Part shown: piece by piece, positions 10,872 to 21,126 of the stretch | Numbering within the stretch: the stretch's first letter is position 1 | Layout: every line of letters begins with the position of its first letter | Sequence record: PV295200.1 | Strand: one strand, 5' to 3' | Source: Escherichia phage vB_Eco_BCPEco_001 | Length of the DNA stretch: 64,000 nt | Translations under genes and position numbers: made by a program | The notes under the pieces: model-generated | What the model was told of the DNA's origin: nothing | The model's input: only the letters and a program-made list of their open reading frames with translations | The model's database searches: none

Positions 10872-11596
10872 ATGAAACTAATCTTTTTAAGCGGTGTAAA
10901 GCGTAGTGGAAAAGATACTACTGCTGATTTTATCATGAGCAATTATTCTGCAGTTAAATACCAACTTGCTGGTCCTATTAAGGATGCATTGGCTTATGCA
11001 TGGGGAGTATTTGCTGCAAATACCGACTATCCTTGCTTAACTCGTAAAGAGTTTGAAGGAATTGACTATGATCGTGAGACTAATTTAAATCTGACTAAAT
11101 TAGAAGTAATCACGATTATGGAACAAGCATTTTGCTATCTTAATGGTAAAAGCCCAATTAAAGGTGTGTTTGTTTTTGATGACGAAGGAAAAGAATCAGT
11201 TAATTTCGTAGCATTTAATAAGATTGCTGACGTTATAAATAATATTGAAGATCAATGGTCAGTCCGTCGTCTGATGCAAGCCCTAGGTACGGATTTGATT
11301 GTTAATAACTTCGACCGCATGTACTGGGTAAAATTATTTGCTTTAGATTATCTTGATAAATTTAACTCAGGTTATGATTATTATATCGTTCCTGATACCC
11401 GTCAAGATCATGAAATGGATGCGGCTAGGGCGATGGGTGCTACAGTAATTCATGTAGTTCGTCCTGGTCAAAAATCCAATGATACACATATTACAGAAGC
11501 TGGATTGCCAATTCGTGATGGCGATTTAGTAATTACAAACGATGGTTCTCTTGAAGAACTTTTTTCTAAAATTAAAAATACACTAAAGGTACTATA

Positions 11597-11597
<1 letters not shown>
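10872..11597 (+). CDS. 1: deoxynucleoside monophosphate kinase gp1
   Basis: 241 aa from MKLIFLSGVKRSGKDTTADFIM (P-loop); SD GAGGAG upstream; matches T4 gp1 from memory. Confidence 0.85.
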
Positions 11598-12281
<684 letters not shown>

Positions 12282-12282
<1 letters not shown>

Positions 12283-12324
12283 TTTCACAAAGTTGTTTAC
12301 ATACTGATGAGGTAGTGATACTAT
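12282..12324 (+). promoter_or_regulatory. early sigma70-type promoter (UP element TTTCACAAA, -35 GTTTACA, -10 TACTAT) with the -10 inside an inverted repeat
   Basis: aatttcacaaagttgtttacata...gaggtagtgatactattacctc; 17-nt spacer. Confidence 0.6.
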
Positions 12325-12355
12325 TACCTCATCAAAATTAATTAGGAAAATAAAA

Positions 12356-12613
12356 ATGAAAACTTTCAAAGAGTTTGCTACAAAAACTACTATCACTGAA
12401 TCTTCCCACGGTATGGAAGTAAAGCTTGGAATGGCTTTAGCTGAAGCTGAGCGTCTTTTCTCTCGTATTAAAGAACTTGCTGCTGCGGTCGATCCTTCAT
12501 CTTTTAAAGGAGACCAAACTAAAGTTAAAGCACTTTTAGCATTATGCTCCGATGCAGGAGAAATTGCTAAAAATGGTTCTAAGATGAAGAAACGATTAGA
12601 AGATTTAAAATAA
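12356..12613 (+). CDS. internal protein (ipI-like) with capsid targeting sequence
   Basis: 85 aa; N-terminal MKTFKEFATKTTITE resembles the T4 internal-protein capsid targeting sequence MKTYQEFIAE with an LxE-type cleavage site; own early promoter. Confidence 0.65.
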   Translation: MKTFKEFATKTTITESSHGMEVKLGMALAEAERLFSRIKELAAAVDPSSFKGDQTKVKALLALCSDAGEIAKNGSKMKKRLEDLK

Positions 12614-12655
12614 TTTCACAAAGTTGTTTACATAGGGTTTTAGTTGTGATACTAT
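12612..12655 (+). promoter_or_regulatory. early promoter, near-identical repeat of the 12282 promoter
   Basis: taatttcacaaagttgtttacatagggttttagttgtgatactattaccct; -35 and -10 spaced 17 nt. Confidence 0.6.
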
Positions 12656-12689
12656 TACCCTATCAAAACAAAACCAAATGGAAATCAAA

Positions 12690-12923
12690 ATGAAAACTTT
12701 CAAAGAGTTTATCGCTGAAACTGCTGATGTAAAAGTTGAGTTTATTTACACTGGCAAGAAAGATAAAATGGGTGAAATGCCTCATGGAGTTCTTCGTGAT
12801 GCATTAGATAATTTCGGTCAACTCGCCGCAGAAGATTACGGTGATAAAATTGTTGTTACTGGTCCTGCTGCAGTTATTGAAAAATGGGCAGCAGAAAATA
12901 AATCAATTTTTCGTAAAAAATAA
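12690..12923 (+). CDS. internal protein (ip-like) with capsid targeting sequence
   Basis: 77 aa from MKTFKEFIAE TADVKVE...; a possible 4-codon extension (MEIKM) would start at 12678. Confidence 0.65.
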   Translation: MKTFKEFIAETADVKVEFIYTGKKDKMGEMPHGVLRDALDNFGQLAAEDYGDKIVVTGPAAVIEKWAAENKSIFRKK

Positions 12924-12953
12924 GTTTACTTTTAGATGGGGTAGTGATACTAT
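12910..12953 (+). promoter_or_regulatory. early promoter, third copy of the hairpin-embedded -10 module
   Basis: gtttacttttagatggggtagtgatactattaccctatc. Confidence 0.5.
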
Positions 12954-12981
12954 TACCCTATCAACTATTGAGGAGAATAAA

Positions 12982-13167
12982 ATGAAACGTTGTGAATTAA
13001 TTCGAAATGTTGCTATTGCAATTTCTGCTTCTGCTTTCAGTTTTTCAATGTTTGTTGGATTTATATGCGGATTATTAACTACAGCAGAAAATGTGTTTTC
13101 ACTTGTAGTAGCATTTTTAATTGGTTTAATCGCTATTGTTACGGATAAAATTTCTAAAGGTGAATAA
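12982..13167 (+). CDS. small membrane protein
   Basis: 61 aa from MKRCELIRN with SD GAGGAG; one long hydrophobic stretch; no capsid targeting sequence. Confidence 0.4.
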   Translation: MKRCELIRNVAIAISASAFSFSMFVGFICGLLTTAENVFSLVVAFLIGLIAIVTDKISKGE

Positions 13168-13565
13168 TGAACGTTGAATATTATGTATATGCGGATTACG
13201 AAAATAATCCGTCTAAAGATGAAGATAATCGTTTAGGTGTAGATGCTTTCGATTGCCCTGCAGCGGCATGGCAATGGGTTGAAAGAACCGATATTCCTTA
13301 CCGTTATATTGAAGTGGTTGACCACGCAGGAAACAAGTATCCTAAGGAAGCATATGTTCCTTCCGTGAAGGTAAATTTCCTTTTGTTTGCAGGTGATAAT
13401 TATTATCCACGTGGTGGGTATACCGATTTAATCGCTAAAGCATTCTCTGAAGATGAACTCCGTGACATTATCAAAGAAAATGAAAACAAACCGATGGGTT
13501 CTAATCGCTTTGACTGGTGGCAAATCGTAAATGCTCATACTCATGCTATTGTTGATAGAGGTTGA
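13167..13565 (+). CDS. hypothetical protein
   Basis: 132 aa ORF, ATGA-coupled to the previous gene. Confidence 0.5.
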   Translation: MNVEYYVYADYENNPSKDEDNRLGVDAFDCPAAAWQWVERTDIPYRYIEVVDHAGNKYPKEAYVPSVKVNFLLFAGDNYYPRGGYTDLIAKAFSEDELRDIIKENENKPMGSNRFDWWQIVNAHTHAIVDRG

Positions 13566-13855
13566 TAATGATTCTTTATGCTAAAGTATCATCCATTGAA
13601 AATGGATATAAATATGATCAAGAAGCAGCTAAAGCCTTGATTGATGATTATGGCATTTTAACCTGTTTTGAAGTTGAAAAGGTTTACATTGACCGTTCAT
13701 CTTCTCAAGTTAAATTAGTGAAGGAAGACCGTAAATTTAATACAGTAAATTTTGATTTCTTTATTGAAACGGAAAAAGGTCCTCTTGAATATAATATTTT
13801 CAAGAATCCTTTGGGTCTTGAATGTATCGTAAATACGTATTATCATAAATGGTAA
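13562..13855 (+). CDS. hypothetical protein
   Basis: 97 aa ORF overlapping the previous stop. Confidence 0.45.
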   Translation: MIMILYAKVSSIENGYKYDQEAAKALIDDYGILTCFEVEKVYIDRSSSQVKLVKEDRKFNTVNFDFFIETEKGPLEYNIFKNPLGLECIVNTYYHKW

Positions 13856-13951
13856 ATATGCTTTAAGAATTATTTGTTATTATTAACTCATACCGCACTG
13901 ATTAATACCCTCTATCATCAAGGGTTCTTGTTAGAGAGCCTTTGTTAATAA

Positions 13952-14024
13952 TTGGGAATTAGCCAAGTTGGTAAGGCATAGCACTTTGACTGCTAGATGC
14001 AAAGGTTCGAGTCCTTTATTCCCA
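13952..14024 (+). tRNA. tRNA-Gln (anticodon UUG)
   Basis: Cloverleaf folded by hand: acceptor tgggaat/attccca, anticodon loop ctTTGac, T-loop ggttcgagtcc; CCA not encoded. Confidence 0.85.
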
Positions 14025-14025
14025 G

Positions 14026-14112
14026 CGCGAGAATGGTCAAATTGGTAAAGACACAGCACTTAAAATGCTGCGGAATGATTTCCTTGTGGGTTCGAGTCCC
14101 ACTTCTCGTACC
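14026..14112 (+). tRNA. tRNA-Leu (anticodon UAA), long variable arm, CCA encoded
   Basis: Acceptor gcgagaa/ttctcgt; anticodon loop ctTAAaa; T-loop ggttcgagtcc; 3' acca. Confidence 0.85.
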
Positions 14113-14118
14113 AAAGTT

Positions 14119-14191
<73 letters not shown>

Positions 14192-14202
14192 AAATTTAAT
14201 TT

Positions 14203-14276
14203 ACTTCGTGTAGCTCAGTTTGGTAGAGCGTCTGCTTTGGGAGCAGAATGTCGCAGGTTCAAATCCTGCCGCGGAG
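14203..14276 (+). tRNA. tRNA-Pro (anticodon UGG)
   Basis: Acceptor cttcgtg/cgcggag with G-U pairs; anticodon stem tctgc/gcaga, loop ttTGGga; T-loop ggttcaaatcc. Confidence 0.8.
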
Positions 14277-14278
14277 AC

Positions 14279-14366
14279 TGGAGGCGTGGCAGAGTGGTTT
14301 AATGCACCGGTCTTGAAAACCGGCAGTCGCTCCGGCGACTCATAGGTTCAAATCCTATCGCCTCCG
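14279..14366 (+). tRNA. tRNA-Ser (anticodon UGA), long variable arm
   Basis: Acceptor ggaggcg/cgcctcc; anticodon loop ctTGAaa; T-loop ggttcaaatcc. Confidence 0.85.
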
Positions 14367-14373
14367 TAATTTC

Positions 14374-14446
14374 GCTGATTTAGCTCAGTAGGTAGAGCAA
14401 CTCACTTGTAATGAGAAGGTCGGCGGTTCGATTCCGTCAATCAGCA
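14374..14446 (+). tRNA. tRNA-Thr (anticodon UGU)
   Basis: Acceptor gctgatt/aatcagc; anticodon loop ctTGTaa; T-loop ggttcgattcc. Confidence 0.85.
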
Positions 14447-14452
14447 TATCAA

Positions 14453-14524
14453 GGCCCTGTAGCTGGAAGGTTCAAGCAAGCGACTCATAATCGCCAGATG
14501 GTGGTTCAATTCCACCCAGGGCCA
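14453..14524 (+). tRNA. tRNA with CAU anticodon (Ile by homology to the T4 lysidine-modified tRNA-Ile; Met by anticodon alone)
   Basis: Acceptor ggccctg/cagggcc; anticodon loop ctCATaa; T-loop ggttcaattcc. Confidence 0.75.
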
Positions 14525-14565
14525 TATTTTGAGAACATAAATACTCTTAGAAATAGGAGATATTT

Positions 14566-15231
14566 ATGTTCTATTACATTTATAAAATAACAAATAAAAT
14601 TAATAATAAAATCTATATAGGCGCTCATTCTACCGAAAATTTAGATGATGGATATATGGGTTCTGGTAAATTATTAAAAAGAGCCCAAGATAAGTATGGT
14701 ATAGAAAATTTTTCTAAAGAAATATTAGAGTATTTTGACGATAAAACCTCTATGTTTGAGTCAGAAAAGAATATTGTGGCTGAAGAGTTTTTAAAGCGCC
14801 CTGATGTTTATAATTTGAAATTAGGTGGTGAAGGTGGTTGGGACCATTTAAACACTAAAGAATATTTGGATAAAAAGAAAGAAGCTTCCTTAAAAGGAGC
14901 TGCCGCTTTTAAAACCAGATTTGAGAACGACCCAGACCTTAAAGAAAAATATCGTAAAATGGGTTCAGAAAGGTTTAAACAGCTTTGGGATAATCCTAAG
15001 TATAGAGAGAAATTTTTAAATACTAAATCTTTCTTGGGTAAGACCCATACTCCTGAAACTATTAATAAAATGAAAGAATCTCACGCCAGAAATAAACACC
15101 AACAAGGTGAAAAGAATTCCCAATTTGGTATGATGTGGATTCATTCATTAGATGAAAAAGTTTCTAAACGTATTAAGAAAACTGACCCAATTCCAGAAGG
15201 ATGGTTTAAAGGTCGAAAAATGAAATTTTAA
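14566..15231 (+). CDS. segB: GIY-YIG homing endonuclease SegB, embedded in the tRNA cluster
   Basis: 221 aa, same size and position as T4 segB (between the tRNA subclusters); GIY-YIG motif [20 protein letters not shown]. Confidence 0.8.
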   Translation: MFYYIYKITNKINNKIYIGAHSTENLDDGYMGSGKLLKRAQDKYGIENFSKEILEYFDDKTSMFESEKNIVAEEFLKRPDVYNLKLGGEGGWDHLNTKEYLDKKKEASLKGAAAFKTRFENDPDLKEKYRKMGSERFKQLWDNPKYREKFLNTKSFLGKTHTPETINKMKESHARNKHQQGEKNSQFGMMWIHSLDEKVSKRIKKTDPIPEGWFKGRKMKF

Positions 15232-15233
15232 TT

Positions 15234-15310
<77 letters not shown>

Positions 15311-15629
15311 AAACAAGAAGCCGGGTCGCTACCGGCAAGTCGTCGGACTGATGTTCCCTGAGTAAGGACTGGCATTAATAAATCTTTATGTTTTGTTAAT
15401 GCCCCCTTATATCACAGCAGAAACGGCGCACCGAATTATCGATTCGAGGAAATATCTTTGCCGTAAGCCGAGTAGCGTTTTTGACGGAACGTTCGGATAT
15501 GGTCAAGATATGGCCTTTTAAAAATATTGAGTAGCGTCAACTGCTTAATAACCGGGTTCGAATCCCGGCGTTTCGTACAAACACTTGCCTTAGCAGGTGG
15601 AACCCCGACAAGGTTGCCGCAAGGCTCAG
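15311..15629 (+). ncRNA. stable small RNA region (T4 species 1/2, rnaC/rnaD-like) downstream of tRNA-Arg, with a tRNA-like T-arm
   Basis: No ORF; GC-rich structured sequence; tRNA-like arm ccgggttcgaatcccgg at about 15560-15576; position matches T4 stable RNAs C/D; boundaries approximate. Confidence 0.45.
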
Positions 15630-15656
15630 TCCCGACCGAAAGGTTGGGGCTTTTTA
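15630..15656 (+). terminator. rho-independent terminator (GNRA-loop hairpin plus T-run)
   Basis: tcccgacc gaaa ggttgggg followed by cttttt. Confidence 0.6.
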
Positions 15657-15769
15657 GTATCTAGGCCTTTCCGGGCCTCTCTAGGCATCATTTAGTTTAT
15701 ACCCTTTATAATATATTATCCTACCTTTTAATTGCCCCTCCTGACCCTAGAATTCCCTAAAACTTTTTA

Positions 15770-15818
15770 AAAATTTTTTCACAAAACTGTTTACAAGACT
15801 GTTCTTCTATGGTACTAT
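15770..15818 (+). promoter_or_regulatory. early promoter (UP element, -35 GTTTACA, -10 TACTAT) with conserved leader
   Basis: aaaattttttcacaaaactgtttacaagactgttcttctatggtactatacaactatcaact; same module as at 30772, 32925 and 59026. Confidence 0.6.
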
Positions 15819-15861
15819 ACAACTATCAACTACTGATACAGAAAACAACTTGGAGAACGAA

Positions 15862-16125
15862 ATGGATAATTACGGCGAACTGTTCAACTTCTTTATGAAA
15901 TGTGTTTCAGAAGATTTCGGTCGTACAGTGAATGATATTAAAGTTATCGGTCCTGACCATCCGATGTTTGAAACTTACGCAGTAATGGGGAATGAAGATG
16001 GTCAGTGGTATACTGTAAAGGTTGTGATTAACATGTTCACTGCTGAAAGTTATGTTAAACTGTCTTCTAAAGTTTACCATGATAACGACGAAATCGCAGA
16101 AGAATATTTCAATAATATGAAATAA
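15862..16125 (+). CDS. hypothetical protein (e.x region)
   Basis: 87 aa from the ATG with SD GGAGA; track ORF 15850 starts 4 codons earlier. Confidence 0.5.
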   Translation: MDNYGELFNFFMKCVSEDFGRTVNDIKVIGPDHPMFETYAVMGNEDGQWYTVKVVINMFTAESYVKLSSKVYHDNDEIAEEYFNNMK

Positions 16126-16180
16126 GTTTACATAGGCTCATGATTGAGATATTATGAGCCCATAATTTGAGGAGAACATT

Positions 16181-16516
16181 ATGAAACGTAACTTTAGTAA
16201 AGCTTTTTGTAATCGAAATTATTATCCTGAAGAGCTTTTTGAATCTAAGGAATTTAAAGAGTTTAACGAACGTTCTCAAAACATGCCTGTACAATGGGTA
16301 TTGGATTATGCTAACCGTATCTTTGAAGGCGTGCGGGATATTTGTCCTGATGATGAAGCTCCTTATTTTAAAAAGGCTTGGGAACTTGCTAACCAAGCAT
16401 ATATCAATGCTTTAGAATCTTCTAAAGGCACTGACGATGATTTTACTTTATTGGCTATCAATGATGCCGTTATCGAGGCCATCGACGTCTTTATCGATGA
16501 GCTAGATGAAGAATAA
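16181..16516 (+). CDS. hypothetical acidic protein
   Basis: 111 aa; SD GAGGAG; upstream promoter with -10 inside the inverted repeat ggctcat...atgagcc. Confidence 0.5.
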   Translation: MKRNFSKAFCNRNYYPEELFESKEFKEFNERSQNMPVQWVLDYANRIFEGVRDICPDDEAPYFKKAWELANQAYINALESSKGTDDDFTLLAINDAVIEAIDVFIDELDEE

Positions 16517-16562
16517 GTTTACAATCTATTAAAATCTAATTGTATCAACCTAAGGAAATACT

Positions 16563-17156
16563 ATGAACACACTGAAGAAAATTGTTGAGTTTATTCGCAC
16601 TAAACTTGGTTCTGCAATGGCTAAAAATCTATCTGTTGAAGAACAGTATACTGCTGCAGCAGCAAAACTGCTTGATAAAATTAAAGACCTAAAAACTGCT
16701 TCTGTTAAATCTATTAATGAAGAAAAACGTATTCGTGAACTTATTGTTGAAAAGAATAAGCAGGCCGAATCAAAAGAGCGTGAAATTCGCAAGCTTCTTT
16801 CTGAAGGTCAAGATGTAACAATGCATGCTAAACTCGGTTTACTATATCGTCGAACAGCTGAGCAGTTGACTACTAAAGCTGATGGTTATGCTGAAATGCG
16901 AATTGAAATCGCCAAGAAAGTAGTTGAGTTAGATGATGCTCGCCAAGAACTTGCAGTTAAATTGGAATATATCCGTGAAACTCGTGCTGCGAATGCCCTT
17001 GGAATTAGTACTGCTGATGATGTAGTTGAAATTGCAGCACTGACTAAAGTTGATATTGAAGATACTCTCGCCCGAGTTGAAACCTTTAATGGCAATATTT
17101 CTGGGGTTGAAACTACCTCTGCCGATGTTCAGGAATATATTAATTCTCTGAAATAA
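16563..17156 (+). CDS. hypothetical alpha-helical coiled-coil protein
   Basis: 197 aa, Ala/Glu/Lys-rich with heptad periodicity; followed by the hairpin aggggcttcggcccct. Confidence 0.5.
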
Positions 17157-17197
17157 TGATAAGGGGCTTCGGCCCCTATTACTTGGAGTAAGTAGGA

Positions 17198-17806
17198 ATG
17201 AAAATGCAAAGTGATTTCAATTCAATGTTTGAAGAGTTCCAAAGGCAGGTTGATGTTCCAGACCAATTGCTAAATGCTCTTAAACGTATGGCAGAAGGAC
17301 GTAATTATTATTGGGGTTCTTCATATGAAACTGATGAAAGTCTTTCTGGAAGATTTTCCAGAGGTAAAAAGTCTTTAATACGTCCTGGAATACTTATTAA
17401 CAGTATTGAATCAATTTATTCATTGACATGCGATTTTGATGTTGAATTTACTGATTTCATTTCTCCTGAATGGACAGTTTGTTATTTAAACGACGATTTT
17501 GATTATCTCGGTGTTTATAGTTTAAGTGACGCATGGTTTAAACGTAACTTACAAAAGTCAAATTTATTCTATATTGATACTACAGTAAAATTTCAGGGAA
17601 AGAAATATTTCTTTACTCTTATAGTTGATTCTGAAACGAAGCATGAAAATAAACGTATTCTTAGTAAAAAGAATATCTTAACTATTGTTGATGATCTTTT
17701 TGATAAATTCGTGGAAAATCCCAGTTTTGAAAGCGATTTATTACTAGAAAAATTTGTGAAGGAATGCAGAGAATATGTCAAAGCCATCAATGTATCTTCC
17801 AAGTAA
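17198..17806 (+). CDS. hypothetical protein, first member of a C-terminal FVKECR-motif family
   Basis: 202 aa; C-terminus KFVKECREYV shared with the next three genes. Confidence 0.5.
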   Translation: MKMQSDFNSMFEEFQRQVDVPDQLLNALKRMAEGRNYYWGSSYETDESLSGRFSRGKKSLIRPGILINSIESIYSLTCDFDVEFTDFISPEWTVCYLNDDFDYLGVYSLSDAWFKRNLQKSNLFYIDTTVKFQGKKYFFTLIVDSETKHENKRILSKKNILTIVDDLFDKFVENPSFESDLLLEKFVKECREYVKAINVSSK

Positions 17807-18167
17807 ACCGTTGAAGTATGAATTAAAGCGCCAGCTAATTTCTACTGATGTATTAATAGGTCCTGTGGTAGCTGTATCATTTGTAATTCTACTGGGGGTT
17901 GGAATAATTATAGATGTTATGACTAATATTGAATCTAATGTAATATTTGCGTCAACACTAATTCTTCCAATGATAGTTCCATTTTTATTAGTACCTGTAA
18001 ATTGGATAGGATACTGGTATCAAGGAAGGCATTATCGTAAACGCGTACGTGATTGGAAAGCACAGTGTAAAAAGATTAAAAAGGAACATCAGCTTAAACT
18101 TGCTGCGTATGAATTTGATGAAATTATGAAATTTGTTAAGGAATCACGATGCAAAAGCCAAAACTAA
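17775..18167 (+). CDS. small membrane protein (2 predicted TM helices), FVxExRCK family
   Basis: 130 aa; two hydrophobic helices then a basic tail ending KFVKESRCKSQN; start lies inside the upstream gene. Confidence 0.5.
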   Translation: MSKPSMYLPSKPLKYELKRQLISTDVLIGPVVAVSFVILLGVGIIIDVMTNIESNVIFASTLILPMIVPFLLVPVNWIGYWYQGRHYRKRVRDWKAQCKKIKKEHQLKLAAYEFDEIMKFVKESRCKSQN

Positions 18168-18511
18168 ATAAAGTCAAATATTCGCTTCCTGAGTCATTTT
18201 TAATTTTTGCTGTGGCGTTGGCTGCAGCTCTTGCGGGTAGTCTTTTTGGATTGTTAATTGACTGTCTTATTTTAAACATTGACGGCACAGTAAATATAAT
18301 AGAAGTTTGGAGTGAACTTTGTTATACTAAAATTATTTCATTATTTTCATTCTTTGGTACCATGTTATATTTTCATTATGATAATTTTAAAATAAATTGG
18401 CAAAGAAAAAAAGATTACAAAATACAATTAAAAGAATATAATAGCTACATGTCTTATATTGAAAATGAGTCAATGAAAGAGTTTGTGAGTGATTGTAGGA
18501 AAATTAAATGA
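18149..18511 (+). CDS. small membrane protein (2 predicted TM helices), same family
   Basis: 120 aa; ends EFVSDCRKIK; start overlaps the upstream gene. Confidence 0.5.
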   Translation: MQKPKLNKVKYSLPESFLIFAVALAAALAGSLFGLLIDCLILNIDGTVNIIEVWSELCYTKIISLFSFFGTMLYFHYDNFKINWQRKKDYKIQLKEYNSYMSYIENESMKEFVSDCRKIK

Positions 18512-18996
18512 TTTTAAAAACTCGCTGGTATGATTTAGATGATGGGGATGATGGCATTTCAGTTGATAGAGTTGACTGGAATGGTTGTTCCGAAGATATG
18601 AAAAATTTGTTGATTAGGGAGTTTAGAATGGGATATCAAGCAGCTAAGCCATTTACTGTAACAGATGATAAGTTCGTATGTATTCAAAACGGTCGCGCTA
18701 AGTTAACGAACGCTGATTGGTTCACAGATAAAATTATGATTCTGTGGTATATTATTAGTCTTCCTGTGACATCATTCGTATTTTACTTTTTTATAAAAAA
18801 TCCAATGGACAGAATAGGAGATTGGATTCTTTTAACCATACTTGTTAATATTTTTACAGCAGCAATATTATCTGGGATATGGTACACGTTCATTGAAATG
18901 CCATGGCGGCTACGCAGACAACAAAAGATTTTTGATGAAAAGAAATACGTTCAAAATTTAAATAACTTTATCACTGAATGCAGGAAATTAAAATGA
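18508..18996 (+). CDS. small membrane protein (2 predicted TM helices), same family
   Basis: 162 aa; ends NFITECRKLK; ATGA overlap upstream; its last codons contain the nudE ribosome-binding site. Confidence 0.5.
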   Translation: MILKTRWYDLDDGDDGISVDRVDWNGCSEDMKNLLIREFRMGYQAAKPFTVTDDKFVCIQNGRAKLTNADWFTDKIMILWYIISLPVTSFVFYFFIKNPMDRIGDWILLTILVNIFTAAILSGIWYTFIEMPWRLRRQQKIFDEKKYVQNLNNFITECRKLK

Positions 18997-19433
18997 AAAC
19001 ACTATCAGCTGGTATTATCTTTATGACAGAAGATAGAGATTTATTTATGGGTCGGGTTACTGGTTCTCGTAAGCCTGGAATGATGGCACATCGCTGGGAT
19101 ATTCCAAAGGGCCGCGTAGAAAATTCTGATTTGAATGCACTGGAAGCTGCAAAAAGAGAATGCTTAGAAGAGACTGGCTTTAGCAATTATAATCCAGACC
19201 TTCTAGAAGACCTAGGTGTATTTAAATATTCTAGTAATAAAGACTTACAGTTATTTTATTATACGATTCCAGTAGAGCATGAGATGTTTAGAAATTGTCG
19301 TTGCGAGTCTTATTTTGAAAATAAAGATGGTGTTATGATTCCAGAGATGGATGCTTTTGCTCTTATTCCTCGTATTCAGTGGCAATATGTGATGGGTCCT
19401 TCACTTTACCGAATAATGAACAACCTCTTTTAA
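18978..19433 (+). CDS. nudE: Nudix hydrolase NudE (e.1)
   Basis: 151 aa; Nudix box GRVENSDLNALEAAKRECLEETGF; directly upstream of e as in T4; alternative start at 18993 (MKTLSAG). Confidence 0.8.
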   Translation: MQEIKMKTLSAGIIFMTEDRDLFMGRVTGSRKPGMMAHRWDIPKGRVENSDLNALEAAKRECLEETGFSNYNPDLLEDLGVFKYSSNKDLQLFYYTIPVEHEMFRNCRCESYFENKDGVMIPEMDAFALIPRIQWQYVMGPSLYRIMNNLF

Positions 19434-19964
<531 letters not shown>

Positions 19965-20023
19965 AGTTGTTTACTTTCTCCTAGAATTGTGATAGTATAT
20001 TCACAGTTACTTGGAGGGATAAA

Positions 20024-20440
20024 ATGACTCGTATTAATTTGACTTTAGTATCTGAACTTGCTGATCAACATTTAATCGCAGAATACCGTGAATTGCCGCG
20101 TGTTTTTGGTATAGTTCGTAAGCATGTGGCAAACGGTAAGCGCGTTAAAGATTTTAAAATATCTTCTAAATTTATTTTAGGTTCTGGTCATGTTACTTTC
20201 TTTTACGATAAGTTAGAATTTTTGCGAAAGCGTCAATCGGACATTATAACGGAATGCTTAAAACGCGGGTTCAGTATAAAAGATACTGAAGTTCCTGACA
20301 TCAGCGATATTCCAGCAGAATGGAAAAATGATTATAACCCATGCAAATCGGCTATTAAATTGAGTCAACAACGACTCGATGAAAAAATTTTAATGAAGCC
20401 ACACTGGTATAAATACTACGGCAAAAATATTTACATTTAA
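20024..20440 (+). CDS. denV: endonuclease V (pyrimidine dimer DNA glycosylase)
   Basis: 138 aa; [17 protein letters not shown]...[11 protein letters not shown] matches T4 DenV from memory. Confidence 0.9.
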   Translation: MTRINLTLVSELADQHLIAEYRELPRVFGIVRKHVANGKRVKDFKISSKFILGSGHVTFFYDKLEFLRKRQSDIITECLKRGFSIKDTEVPDISDIPAEWKNDYNPCKSAIKLSQQRLDEKILMKPHWYKYYGKNIYI

Positions 20441-20586
20441 ATAACATGGGAATAACCTGGACCTCATGATTCTGTGAGGGATTCCCGCCAACCTGTAATA
20501 AGGTCGAGCCCAAGTGCGGTAATGGGTAAATACAGAAATGGACAATTCATGCGCCATGGAATGGCCCAAACCTAGAGAGAACAAAA

Positions 20587-21126
20587 ATGAGAACATTTTT
20601 AACTGGTCCTTATCTATCCCTGATGAATGCTTTTACACACCATTCTGATGCTAGAGTAGAAGAAATTTGTAAAAACGATTATATCCTATCATTTGAAGAC
20701 TTACTTAAACAGTATTGCACACTTCGACTAGATGGTGGACGTCAATCCGGTAAATCAATTGCTGTGACTAACTTTGCTGCTAATTGGTTGTATGATGGCG
20801 GAACAGTTATTGTTCTTTCTAATACTTCAGCTTACGCTAAAATTTCTGCAAATAACATCAAAAAGGAATTTTCGCGTTATTCTAATGATGATATACGTTT
20901 TCGTTTATTTACTGATTCTGTACGCAGTTTTATTGGTAATAAAGGAAGCAAGTTCAGAGGTTTATCGCTTTCGCGAATTTTGTATATAATTGATGAGCCT
21001 GTCAAATCTCCTGATATGGATAAGATTTATGATGCTCATATTGACACTGTACAGTACTGCTGCAATAGTAAATGCTGCATTGGCGGTATTACTCGTCCGC
21101 AGTTTTTCGTAATTGGAATGCAATGA
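20587..21126 (+). CDS. hypothetical protein with a P-loop-like motif
   Basis: 179 aa; GGRQSGKS Walker-A-like motif; C-terminal Cys cluster. Confidence 0.5.
   Translation: MRTFLTGPYLSLMNAFTHHSDARVEEICKNDYILSFEDLLKQYCTLRLDGGRQSGKSIAVTNFAANWLYDGGTVIVLSNTSAYAKISANNIKKEFSRYSNDDIRFRLFTDSVRSFIGNKGSKFRGLSLSRILYIIDEPVKSPDMDKIYDAHIDTVQYCCNSKCCIGGITRPQFFVIGMQ

Noticed and set aside
16550-17095. Minus-strand ORFs 16550-16792 and 16886-17095 antisense to the 197 aa coiled-coil gene
   Set aside because: Ala/Ser-rich antisense reading of a GCN-rich sense gene; typical shadow ORFs.
16563-17156. Possibility that the 197 aa coiled-coil protein is an IPIII-like internal protein
   Set aside because: Size is similar to T4 IPIII but the N-terminus ([11 protein letters not shown]) is not a convincing capsid targeting sequence; left as hypothetical.
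20390-20596. Minus-strand 68 aa ORF spanning the denV 3' end and the GC-rich intergenic region
   Set aside because: Antisense to denV, no RBS, low-complexity hydrophobic translation; the region is better explained as non-coding structure.
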